Source of the DNA: Catajapyx aquilonaris
Taxonomy: Eukaryota
Length of the DNA stretch: 64,000 nucleotides
Direction: 5' to 3'
NCBI GenBank assembly: GCA_000934665.2
Contig: JYFJ02001697.1
Location: 1 to 64,000, forward strand
In this document: piece by piece, positions 37,751-50,571 of the stretch
Position numbering within the stretch: position 1 is the stretch's first letter
Layout of the letters: each line of letters opens with the position of its first letter
Made by a program: the position numbers and the translations under genes
The notes under the pieces: generated by a model
The model's input: the letters and a program-made list of their open reading frames with translations, nothing else
Told to the model about the DNA's origin: nothing
The model's database searches: none

Positions 37751-39094
37751 TTGTAAATACTGTTGCGTAAACACCGTTGTCCGGTACCTCATTGAACATT
37801 ATAAGTATGCGGATGAATTCTTGCATTTCTTTTTGTCACATTAATGAGACTAACTGACAGTTAATGTTGCAATGTGACACAGTAGTAGTGAAAGGACGGA
37901 CAATGGTTTTTATTATAATCTTACGCTAAAGTGTCTTCAAGTATGTAAACATTATTCTTCTTTAGTGGAAGCCAATGTTTCTAGCTGGAGAGACTTTTGT
38001 GCCACCGTCTAGACTAGCTTTTATTTGTTATGACTTATGTGAACATTTTATTTTATTGACTTGGCCCTATTAATTGGAGCAGTTTTGACAATCGTTGAAA
38101 GAGTATGTTGAAGAATATGCAATAAGGTTGCAGATTTATGGTCACTACGTTTTTTTGGTACAAAACTCAGCTCTCGAAACTGCTGTAGTGACTTTTGTTG
38201 AACATCAAAATGATCTCTTGTTTCCGTACCTTGAGGAATGTTATTTGCGAGTATTATTTTTTACAAATTGTGTACAGTGTTTTTGTAAATAAGTGCCAAA
38301 ACTGACAATCATAAGTAGGTTTTTTTTAAAAATATATATATTATAAAAGTGCTTAAAACCATATTTTTGTATATGAAAAACCAGAGCCAGATAAGTGGCT
38401 ATTAAATTTTTCGCTCTTTTTTTAGTGCAAGTTATTATGATTATTATTTGGTACCTTTAACAATCCTAACCGTTTCAGTTTCATTGCAGCTTGCCGTGTC
38501 ATGTGCTGTTTGTAAATAATTATGAAAATTTTTACATACATGTCCACAGAATGTGTTACCTTACAGAATCATTTTCCAAGTTCAGTTTAATATTGCTGGT
38601 AGTGGTGATGCATAATGTTAATGGCCCTTGACCCATTTCATATTGTTAGGGCAGGTCAGCATTATTCATCGACAGCTCTTACCTACATATTTTGCATCGC
38701 CCAACTTATACGCCAGGCTTTCAAGAAAAAAGGAAAAGGTCACACACGTATGCAATTCACTTTTTTTATTATTATTATTTTACTTCGCGTGAATTCACTT
38801 CCCACAAGCATGAGATGGTCACTCTAATTTAGAGCAGCCTAAAGTTTGTATGAAGTTATGAGAATACTGACACGATGATCACTACGAGGATGATCAAACA
38901 CTATTTACAAACTTGCGCCTAACTGTCAAAAAGCACGACAGTTCAATTATTATTTTTTTGTTAAAATCCCTGAGAGAATCACAGAACCTCCGATGGGGAG
39001 ATTCATTAGTTAATTGCATTGAAAGCACATTCCGTCCTTGGAAAAAAATAAAAATAAAATGGCACTTTTTGACACTTTTTCCAACACTGTTCAA

Positions 39095-39678
39095 TCAGTA
39101 CACATAGATCTGCTTCAGCTGTTCTCTGATCTCAATAGGAATTGTGTAGATCTGAGGATGTGACTTTTTCCTCGACACTTGTCTGAACCACTTTTGAACT
39201 GATTTAGATGGACGACCCTTAGACGTAAGGCTTGTCTGTAAAAAATAATAATTCACATATTAGTTAAATGTGTCCAGATTGTTTCCAACAATTCGTGTCA
39301 AGTGCGTACCTGCGAGTTAGCTTGCGCAATGTAGAGGTCAGATATGTAGCGACTTCTCATCTGCTCTCTTCTTCTCATACTCCTGTGAGCAGAAATGAGT
39401 GTTAACTGGCTTTGTAAAGTGCGCGTAATGTGCGGTACATACCTGACAGCATAGGCGATGATGATGATGAAGATGCCAGCCACGAGCATGGCCACTCCCA
39501 TGCCGACCATACCGTACATGGCCGCTTCCTGAGTGGTCATCTCTGGTGCTTGGGATGAAAGGAGTGCTGTGCTGCTGCCGGCTGACCCGTTCCCGATGAC
39601 CTTTGACTCGGTGACCACAGCATTTTGGAAGAGGACGCTCTCTGTGACGCCGCTGAGGTTGCGAGGACCGTTGGGCAT
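39095..39678 (-). CDS. Small single-pass membrane protein, 149 aa; exons complement(39443..39678, 39310..39382, 39095..39235)
   Basis: MPNGPRNLSG..GNGS..(TM: MYGMVGMGVAMLVAGIFIIIIAYAV)R|SMRRREQMRSRYISDLYIAQANSQ|TSLTSKGRPSKSVQKWFRQVSRKKSHPQIYTIPIEIREQLKQIYVY*. Two short GT-AG introns (60 and 74 nt) have matching phases (2, 0). The true N-terminus is uncertain. Confidence 0.8.
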
Positions 39679-41149
39679 CTCTGCGACAACAATACAACAA
39701 GACGGTGCTGGGTCATCAGGAGTTGCACAGGTACCTTATCACTATAGAGCTCGTTGGAGAATGGCTGTTGTGACATGGGGTGCGAGGGTCTAATATGATG
39801 GAGAGGGGATCAAGGATAGATACAACAAAAAAAGTAGAGAGAGAGATAGTGTATACCGGTGAAAAACAGTGCCTTTACAGGGTACACTACCGTGGTCAAT
39901 ATTTGTGCAAGTGGATGATACCATATCGCATGGCATGACGTCTCATTGTCACTCATTACGCACCTGCTGCGCTGGAATCACCAATGTCGCACTTTCCGGT
40001 GGTGATCATGAACGAAGGATTACTATAGTTATAGTTCCTAGTTTTGGTGGCAAGCCAAGACTTCATTCTGGGAATTTACATGCACAAGTACACGAGTAAT
40101 TATTAGTGAAATTAACACCAATTTTTGTAATGAATTCGGCAATTTGTGCAAGGTAGCTTTTTAATATACTGCCCATTTTTTATTATTTGCAATTTATTTA
40201 ATTTATTTATCTGCAATTTATTTAATTAGCCACTTTTAATTATTTGTAATTTAATTAATTTAGTTATTTGTAATTTAATCAATGGTCACTGTCAATAGTC
40301 AACTGTATTTTTGCATAATGCCCAATTATGTATGGTGAGCTTATCCGATATATCACGGAACTTACGGTACATCAACAGAAATTACCAGAATGAAATAAAT
40401 GCTGAATTTAATAATTTGAATTTTTTTCTGGATTTTTTAAAACCAGAACCATAATATAAAACCGGCAAATTATTATGGAACTCTCCTGCGCCAGACATGT
40501 CCATTCAATATTTACAACCACCGACTGCATGAAAATATTAGGAAGGAAAGTTGGTGCGCTATATATCCTTGAATGGAGTTCACCGAACCATAATTAAGTG
40601 AAGGTTATGCATAGAGAGTTGAGGAAGACAAAAAATGAGAGTTAGATATGTCTAATGGCACTCCTATTGTACATTTTTTTATTCACATATCACCGGTTGT
40701 CCAGCCCGCAATAATACTCATGCAGATCAAGTTGATCCGGAGGTCGCGCCTGGGCCACGCCTCGCAGCATCCAAGGACGAGAACTTCCCAGAGGACCAGA
40801 CAGGGTGTTACACTCTGTGATGTACTTCCGGTTAGGTTCACGGGCATGTTCGCGAGAAAAAAAAATTGTATCGCTATTTTTTTGGCAATTTATGGCGCAA
40901 AAAATAATTTCGTCCACGAATAATTTCTAGTTCCATTTTAACTATGAAATTTTTAATTTGTTTGTAATTTAAAAACAATTTCAAATTATTCGAAGTAATT
41001 GTTTTAAAACTTTACAAAATAAATCAATAATTAAAATGTAAATAAAATCAATAAATCAATAATTAAAATGCAAATAAAACCAATAAACAATAAAATGTTG
41101 ATGAATAAATAATTAAAATAAATATTAATTGAGCTAAATTTCTTTATTA

Positions 41150-41330
41150 TTTAATTAATTATGATTTAATTGTACAAATATTAAATGATTATGATTTAAT
41201 TATACAAATATTAAATAATTGTTTTAATTATACAAATATTAAATATAATTTAATTATACAAACATTAAATATGATTTAATTATGCAAACATTAAATATGA
41301 TTTAATTATACAAATATTAAATATTATTTA
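41150..41330. repeat. AT-rich ~26-30-bp tandem repeat (ATGATTTAATTATACAAATATTAAAT)
   Basis: About six diverged copies. Confidence 0.75.
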
Positions 41331-43637
41331 CTTATTATGTTTAAAGGGAATTATTTTATTATGACAATTATCAATTTCAAATCATTTCAGTAATTTTAAT
41401 AAATAATGATTTAAATACGTAAATATTGAAATACATTAGAACAAGTAAAATAAATTAAACGCAAAAATATCGCAGCCTAATTTTGTCACCAATTGTCGAC
41501 CCTAACAACTATCAGTTTAAATCGAAGTAATATTCACCAACATTGTTGCTTCACTTCAAACTGGTTGGTCGGGGTAAACAAACCGTATAACTTGTCAATC
41601 TCCCAGTATGAACTGTGAACTTGTGGATAGTTCGCCAGTCTGAATAATTGCGAAAGTTTAATGCATCAGTAAGTGCAGGTACTTCCTCGGTGAGTCATGT
41701 AAGCAAAAATATGCGGATCAATGCCAGAAATATGGGTCAGCATTTTGCGGAATTGCAATACACGTAGTACATGGAATGATAAAACATTCCTCGGTCTGAT
41801 TCAGTCGTCGGGAGAAGGACACAGAATTTGCGAGAAAAAAATTCGCATCATACACTTCGGCGGAAAGAGGAAGTCAACGTTTGGTCGTAAAAATTTATTG
41901 TAACGGTATGTACGGCAGATCTGCAAAAACCCCGATCGCGCACTTCCTCGTTGCAAAACCTCCAAACCCAGTCAACCGATATTTGTCCATGGTCAAGGTC
42001 AAAGTTCATTGGTATTCAGAAATGATCTGGATGTATTTCCTAGTAATAAAAAATATACTGTAACATGCAGTTACATCAGTTGGTGATTCACACATATATG
42101 GAAGATTTTGCAATAATGAGCAAGCAGACTTTCCAGCAATTATTTACACCGTAATTCGCACGTCAAATGCAGGAATCAATTGTACCCCACGACCTGCACA
42201 TACAGACATTTGCAAAAAAAAAACTGCACGTTGTCCATTCGTGTTAAACCATAAAAATTGCATGTCTTTACATGGAATTGCTATGACGTCACGTTTTAAC
42301 CCAACATTGTTTTTGTTTATTCGCACAGAAAAAACTCGTAAATATTACGCACGTACAGTACATTTCTTACTAACAAACAACAAGTGGTGGGCCCAAATTT
42401 TCTCTCATACAATTAATTTATGTACAGTATACTTATGTGTATCTGGTTATGTGGACCGGTACTTATTTATCAAGTTATGTGTACTTTATGATTTCTTTAT
42501 ATTTATTTGCATTCATTTACACTACTGCTGCTACTAATTAATTTATTTTTATTTTTATTTATACCACCACTACCACCACTACCACTACTACTGTACTACT
42601 TTTTATTTTATTTTTACCCTGGTGTAAGACAATAGATATTTTTGGAGGATTTTGCGTCAATATTGGCCGTGAATATGTATGATATATTATTTGTTGACCA
42701 CAGCAACCGGTTTTAAGAGAAGCAACTCTTAACCAGTGAATCAGCCACCATGACCTTCCTCAAAGCTAACTTATTATGCAAGACGCGTTGCACAATTCGT
42801 TTTAAAAAAAGAGCGATTTTTTGGTTGTTACATGAGTTGTTTATCTCACTTGCTGCACTTGTTTTCTTCCGAAAAGAAAAGAAATTGGTGTGGCTTCAAA
42901 GTTACGTGATATCTCCGTGTCCAAATCTGATTTTAAGTGGTTGCGCAATGAAAATTTGCTTCACAATCGACGATTCGCACCACTCTCGGAACCAAGTTAT
43001 TATTATTCCTCCATGGTTGTCGCCTCCATTTAGTGAGACTTTGCACTGTTATACTATGTACTGTCCACTTGTGACGGGCACTGGATGATACTCAAGTGTT
43101 GAGGTTACTGCGGATTATAAAAAAAATTGAGCCATGGTTGGAAGGATAGGTTGTTTACAAGATTTTATCGACGATGAGATAATTATGTGGGGAAGTCCAA
43201 TGATGTATGGTGGGAAATTGTTGAGGTTTATCTGATTTCTATATCAATTTTTTTATCCATGTCCACTTGATTTATTTGCCAATAATGACTGATCAGGCAG
43301 CGGTGACCCAAAGAGAAATCCCCTTGAACACGTGCACTGTACTTAGATAGACACGTGAATGCTCGATTGGCAAGGTTTGCGAACCACCTGTTGCGAAAAG
43401 TCATACACACACCGGATTCGCAATGGTTAATATTCATCATGCTGATTCATTACCAACCGTGTGTGAATAGGAATCCCGCAGTCTGCTAACCATTGGCAGG
43501 GTCTCTAGTCAAAAGTGTATCTCAGGGTCTTTGTCACTAAATAATTTATTGCACTCAAGGTTTTTCTTTAATCCAAAATATGTAAAGGAAAAAAAAGTTA
43601 TTATAAAAATGAAATTGCTTCAATATAACTGATGTAA

Positions 43638-44003
43638 TATTATATATTTATAAGTGGGAAGGTTTCTCTGAATAGCTGGACTACCTAACCCACTTTCGGA
43701 CTACTTATATTGCTGAAACTTGGCACACAGATGTCTTATCTTATAAACGTGAAAGTTTGTATATACCGCTGCATGTTTGTCCGGGCTACCTAACTCACTT
43801 TCACACCACTGAGAGTGCTGAAATTTGGCACACCTATGTCTTATGTGCCACCGATCGAGGAAATTTTTGAGTTTAAATACCCAAAAATTAGGATTAAAAA
43901 TGAAGTTTGGTCATTCATCTCCGGAAGTTGTCACGCCACCACAGGTTTTACAAACTATACTCTCATTTATTAATCCCAGTGCGACGAACGGGTTCACTGC
44001 TAG
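43638..44003 (+). mobile_element. Non-autonomous Helitron-like element with a duplicated 5' part
   Basis: Two tandem copies of ctacctaac(c/t)cactttc..gctgaaa(c/t)ttggcacac. The 3' end has a CCC..GGG hairpin followed by CTAG|T. Homologous to 50470-50571. Confidence 0.65.
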
Positions 44004-46049
44004 TGTTACAATAAATATATTAGTTAATTATTAATAATATAAGTGAATCAATTGATCAGACATGTACGTATTAATAATGCGCATATAATACAAATGACAT
44101 AAAATGAATGCAATATGACTTTCTGTTATTTTTAAAAATCGAAAAATGCCCTTCAGGGTCTTTGTCACCACACAATGTAGACAACCCAAGGTTGCCCATT
44201 CACCCTTCGAATATATGAAAAAAAATGTCCCTATAGCAACAACATTTGAAAGTTAACATGCTCCGGATTCCTGTTACTCTACAAATAATAGAAATTTTCC
44301 AAGCTCCGACTCCACCAATCAGACGACCAGATCTCTTTTTGGCTGTTGCATGAGGACAGGAAGAACTCGATTATAGTTTGTCCTTTGCATGCCGCATTTT
44401 TTTTCATTTTTTTAAAAAGTGTCCCTCCACCCTTCTTTTTTTGTGTGTGTCTGTGACCCTCCCACAATTCTGCATGGTAATAGTAATATGTGCGTCACTT
44501 ATTTCGAGTTAGGCGTCAGGTTTTGACGCGTGATCGATTTGGGCGTGAGCTTGGAACTAAACGGTGCACGTGGTGATGCACGTGATGCTCCGATGCACAG
44601 AGAGGCATACATTACTCAGATTTCTGTCCCAGATTATTATGCGGGCTTACACCAATGTACAGCACGTCATACAGGATGAGGCCACACCTCAGAGAGGAAA
44701 CTGTTGACTGATAACTTATATAAGAGAGCAATTTTACTATTGTTCAGATTTTTTCGGTTTGACATAACCCCAAGAAGTACCATATCCGTCACATAGATAG
44801 CCGGACAACCAGAGGCACAGACTTGCCAATTTTAAGATAATCAATGAATTCTAATAGTGTGTGTCGTATACATAAGTACCTGATAGACAGATAGGAAGGA
44901 CAGCCACTGATCCTCTTCCCTCATGTGATCCTGGTACGGCTGCAGCGGTACCGCACACCGTGAGGTCCACTAGAACTCTCCGAAGCCCACTGGCCCAGCC
45001 GAGTGTCTGTCCATAACAATATTACAAATGCGTGCGATGCGCACACATCACATGCGGGGCATAATGTGGCGATGGCCCCGCCACCTGCCTTTTTCAACTT
45101 CCGCGCTCTCTGACTATTCATTGGTGTGTTTCAGACCACGCCCATTTCTCGCGGGGAGTCAGGGATAAGGTCGGGTTGTGTGTACATTTTCTTCCGCAGG
45201 GAATTTTATCAGTGTATGGTAGCGTGACACATTGTATTGTATTGTATGGTCAGGGTTTTTTTTTTGCCTGATCAGGATGGCAATTCGATAGTTACACCTT
45301 GTAAGACGAAATCCGTTACAATTTATTATTGTCAGGGTTCCGGTACGTTCATTACATACATCTGCATGAGTCTCATTGTAAACAGCGGCCTCTTATCATT
45401 ATTGAGGCGGATGTTGCTTACAGAATGACTGGAACAGACCTGAGTTTATGACAAAACGACTCATACATTAAACATAGATTCGGATTAAAAAGACACCGAC
45501 AGCGTATCTATAAGTTGGAGAGAAAAAAACCGGAGATCTAAAATTGGGTGGTGCAGGTGTGGAAATATTTGTTGACCTTTTTGCGGTGATGTATTTTTGG
45601 CCCATGAACCTGCTACCAATGCTCCATAGTGCATAGGAATTGTTGACAGGTTGCATATTCTTGCATAATGTACTGACTTACATTCACAACTGACAAGGTC
45701 TCCAGTTATTATCGAGTATTTTTGGACTTACATCATGTATGTTTCATGTAAGAAATGTTTACATATTTGCATCGACTTATTACTTTCAATAACTACTAAT
45801 AAACAATAAATTAAAAATATATTATATAATTAAACAAACAAATAGTTAATAAATAAATAAATTAAAGAAAAAAATTCCGTAGTTAATAAATAAAAATAAA
45901 CAAATAGTTAATAAATATATAAAATAAACAAATTTCAAATAGTTAATAAGTTAATAAATTATTTAAACAAAAAATTATATATTTGCATGGACGTATTACT
46001 TTCAATAACTAATAAACAATGAATTATTATTGTTATTATTATGTATATA

Positions 46050-46190
46050 CTAATTAAATAAAATATTAAAACAAAAATAATTAAATAAAATATTAAAACA
46101 AAAATAATTAAATAACATTAAAACAAAAATAATTAAATAAAATATTAAAACAAAAATAAATAACATATTAAGACAAAAATAATTAAATTA
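46050..46190. repeat. AT-rich ~27-bp tandem repeat (AATTAAATAAAATATTAAAACAAAAAT)
   Basis: About five copies inside an AT-rich block (45780-46240). Confidence 0.75.
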
Positions 46191-49100
46191 ATAATATTAT
46201 ATAAAATAACTAGTAAACAATATTAATATTATATTCTTGGCAAGTGGCAACATTATGACATTATATTTTATCACTAATATTTTTTTCGAGTTACTGGAGT
46301 CTCACATACTGACGTGACGTACCGTACAAACGTAATAGCCAGTGGTCAAGCGTGTGTTACGTAGTACCGTAATAACACCTGTCAATTTTACACGGTCGTT
46401 GTCCACAGCAAGTTCCTCCCAATGACAAGCCCTATTCTCCACACTATATTTTCCCATAAACAACCATCCAATTTTTTTTTTACTGAACTCGTGACCAGCA
46501 ACCTTGAGCAAAACTATTGTGATGCTGCGCAGTAATGTCATCGGCAAATTGGTAAACTACAAGAACAATCATGTCACTCTTGGAAAATGCCCAGAGAGTT
46601 GGAAAAAAATCGGTTTTTTCCCATAACATTGGTACAGAGTCTGAGTCTGAGCTGGAAAAAAAAAATGCAAAAAAAAAAAACAATCTTGATGAATGGGAAG
46701 TGTTCGCGTGACACGGTTAGATTGAAATCTGGGGAGGAAACCACGCATCCCAAAATGTGCAGAAAAAATCTTTTTGCAGAAAAAAATGTCACGTGAACAG
46801 AATGACGCCATTGGCCTGGAATTCATACGCTATGTGCAACTGGCATTGTTATTATGTTGGGTGTATTATTTAGTCCGCCCTAGAGCAGCATCTATAGTTC
46901 CACCCTTTGAAAATTGCGAAAATTTTTCAAGGATAGAAACATTTTTTTGGCGAATAGCTGAAAAAAATAATGCATTTTGCTAATCTGTCATCTGCGTTTC
47001 CGGGATGGATTGTTAAGGATGTTGTGCAATTGATTGCGCGTATGGGACTTTCCATCCTAATTGCATTAAGCCTGTTAATTATGCTCAATCTGCATGACTG
47101 GTTCGATGATCAGTGTAGATTTTCTTATGTGATAGGACTAAATGGGATAAATTAAATTGTTGCGTAATTGCCATGTGACTAGAGTGCATTATTAAGAATA
47201 TACAGTATAGTGAGTTAGAGATTTTAAGACACCAGAACTGATGCAGAGGGATTTTCATGATTTGGTGCTTCAATTTTATGCGAATATCCGGATGAGTCGA
47301 TTAAGCGGAAGAGCTTATTTATGATATTTGAAAGCAAACAATTTTCTAAGTAATTGCAATGATATCCCGCCAACATTTTCGGTTATAAAAGATGGCCATG
47401 AACGTATATGCGGGTGAGCAATAAATTGTACAAATAATAACAGTACAGTATTGTTGTTTTTGCAGATGATAATATTAATGATATCGAGTTTTTTCTTACA
47501 TGTAGATTATATCCATCTGAATTGGAATTTCCCGAGAAGTTCAATTACACCTTCTAGATCATATAAACCTAAATAGCATGAAAAGTGTAAACAAGACGAA
47601 TGTATTTTTTCCTCGCTTTTTTTTCCATGATATCAGTAGATGAGTCAATGTTATTTTTCCTGAGTAATAACCTACACGCTGTTGTCCACAGAGACGCAAA
47701 TATTTCGTTGCAACATTATAATTATTGACAGATTTAATGATTTTTTTTTCATTATTACACAGAAATAATGCAACTTAAACGTCGCAAACTTCAATTTTAC
47801 CATTGTTTTTGAAACTTCCAGTGGCCCGAATAGCTTGCTGTAACTCTTAAATGCATGTGCAGTACTGTACGCAGGGATACAGTACATGTGTATGCCTGTA
47901 CAGAAGAAAGATGAGCCACTGACGCGACAAACAGACCGTGTCATAAAATGCCATGCAACAAGTGTGGCAGAGTAAATTATTTGACGTTTGCGTCCCTGGA
48001 TAACTAATTAATGCAATCACATCTTCTGGCATTTCCTATACGAAATATTAAGAGTAATCAAACATTCCATGATATTTTACCGATATTTTTGCAAATTCAC
48101 CTTGCATTACACGTGCTAGCAATTTCCTACGACTCGATCAGTGAATTATTTCAGTAATTTTTTTTTATTCGATTCCATTCGAAATATTTGCTCAAAACAG
48201 GAAACAAAAAATCACTATAAGAATTACGTTATTTGACTAAATTGAAAAGGGAAATTAATTCTTAATGTGCTATAACAAGCGAATAGCAAAAAAAAACGCC
48301 ATTATCTGACCGCATCATTCAAACAAAAACATTTCTTTTCAATAAACCCTCTCCCAGGTTTTTGCCATACGATTTTATAACGCATTTCCACTGCATACTA
48401 TTTGCATCATCATTCTGCTGCGAAGGGAGCTAAGTACACACAGAATAATACTGGATAAAAATTTTAACCGCAAGTGTGAGCATTTCAATATTATGCAGAT
48501 TGTGATGAAACTGTACGAAAATTACTTCATTGTGAAGTCAGTCTCATAATTTCAAAATTCACATTGATATTTATTCCCCTTAATTTCACTGTCTCTATAA
48601 TGTGTGTAAGCGAATATTAGCAGAAAATCTGACAACTATTAATCACAGATTTTCTCATTCATGTAATGCTTTTGACGACATGACCTTGCATAATTTCTCA
48701 TACCCTGACCGACAATTAATTGCTATTGCGGTACTTACACCTTCTCCTTATGTACCGATCCGCTCTGGTGGACAGCACTGCACCGACTGGCCAACTCTCC
48801 GGAAACAAACAAAAAAAAAACAAAAGGAGCGGACCACCATTCAAACCATCTCTCTGGGTCGAACGGGGGAGGCTCCAGCAATAATGGACGAAACAATGGG
48901 AAGCGAACTGACGCAGTAATCAGATGCCTTTCTCTGCGGAGGAATAATCATAATAATGCACATCTGTTAGTCGCACGCCAATCAGATTCCCCCGCACGGA
49001 TGTTCTGCCAGCTGCGCGCGCAGGGTTTTTTTTTTCTTCTTTTTACAAACTTGCGAGTATTCTATGTGCACAGGTACTTTACACCGAAGGTTCATGGTGA

Positions 49101-50469
49101 AGGTTAATCATGCGATGCATCATCTTAACGGCGTGAGCCGGAATCTATGCCATTATTATATGGATTATGGAAGGAATTTTTGCGTTGCTAATAATGGCGC
49201 ATTGGCAATAAACTGTCATGAAGCCGTGGCAAAAAAACATTCGTCTTCTAAAGAATGTAAACTGGTGCAATACAAGGTGGTACTGTACGTTGACAGTTCA
49301 AGAGGAGGTCGAACAATCTGTATTCTATTGTAGTACTGTATATAAATATGTTATTTATTATATTATATATTAATTTAATTATGTACTATATAATTTATTA
49401 ATTTCATTATTTATTTACTATTATTTATTAATTTCATTATTCATCTACTATATTATTTGTTAATTTCATTATGCATTTATTATTTATTTATTATATTATA
49501 TCATTTATTATATTATTTATTTATTATATTGTAATATATTATATTATTTATTTATTATATTATTTATTTATTTATCATATTACTTATTATATTGTATTAT
49601 ATTATTTATTAATTATTATATATTACCTTATTTCATTATTTATTCATTTATTATTTTATACTGTATAATTATTTTGCAGTATATATAAAAGGCAAAGTTT
49701 GTGTGCTCAGGTTTCGTTACAACGGTGTAATTAGACATAAACATATTTCATTCCAAAATGATAAATATTGCATGTAGAGGCATATTTTTCTTGCCAAAAA
49801 TGTGCAAAAAAGGCAATCCACGTATAGTAGATCTCACGTATAATGTTGCAGGCGAAGAGTGGCCTGTTGAGTGTCACCTAAAAAAATTGGAGTTGAAGCT
49901 AAATAATATATTTTCCTGTACACATATACGATCGTGGGAAAAGTCCAGAATGGCACAGAATACATTGTACCGTTGCAAAAAGGCGTGACGCCGTTTCATA
50001 CCTTTATGGCACATAATGCCATTATTTGTGGGGTCGCTCGTAAAAAAGTTGGGTCCTTTCACCCTACGGTGGCAGTTCACTCAGTGTGTAAGCCCCTGAC
50101 GTCAAAAGCCGAACCAATTTTAGCAAAAGGCCGCTAACTCACACGTGAAGGTTGTTCCGATGACTGACACTGCATCCGTCTCCGTCACATCACACCCGAT
50201 ATATGACTATCGTACAGGAGCAATTGAAGCCCACACCAACCTAGTTATAATTATATGCATTTTATTTTATGCTACTGTGCACGTAGTACTATTCCTCGCA
50301 CAGATGGCTCACTACTGCCACTCTCAGGGTCGTGCGAGCGGTAGTGCCGTAGTGGTACTATAGGTTCACCTGTCTAATTATTCAACGCGGACAAACAGAG
50401 GCACAAGCCAATTCTATACATGGTTTCATTTCTTGCAATCTACATTATAGTCCACGTTATATTAAATTA

Positions 50470-50571
50470 CTAGCACCCATAGGTGTGCCAAGTTTCGGCA
50501 CTCTCAGTAGTCTGAAAGTGGGTTAGGTAGCCCGGACATACAGACAAACTTTCTTCTTGATATAATATAGA
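50470..50571 (-). mobile_element. 102-bp internally deleted Helitron (same family as 43.7 kb)
   Basis: Minus strand A|TCTATATTATATC..AAAGTTTGTCTGTATGTCCGGGCTACCTAACCCACTTTC..GAAACTTGGCACACCTATGGGTGCTAG|T. It has 5'-TC, 3'-CTAG, an AT target and no TSD. Confidence 0.75.

Noticed and set aside
49340..49680. Hydrophobic Y/I/L-rich ORF resembling a membrane or mitochondrial-derived protein
   Set aside because: AT-rich low-complexity DNA, like the blocks at 3.6-4.0, 8.0-8.5, 20.2-20.5, 41, 46 and 62.6 kb. No mitochondrial gene motifs.
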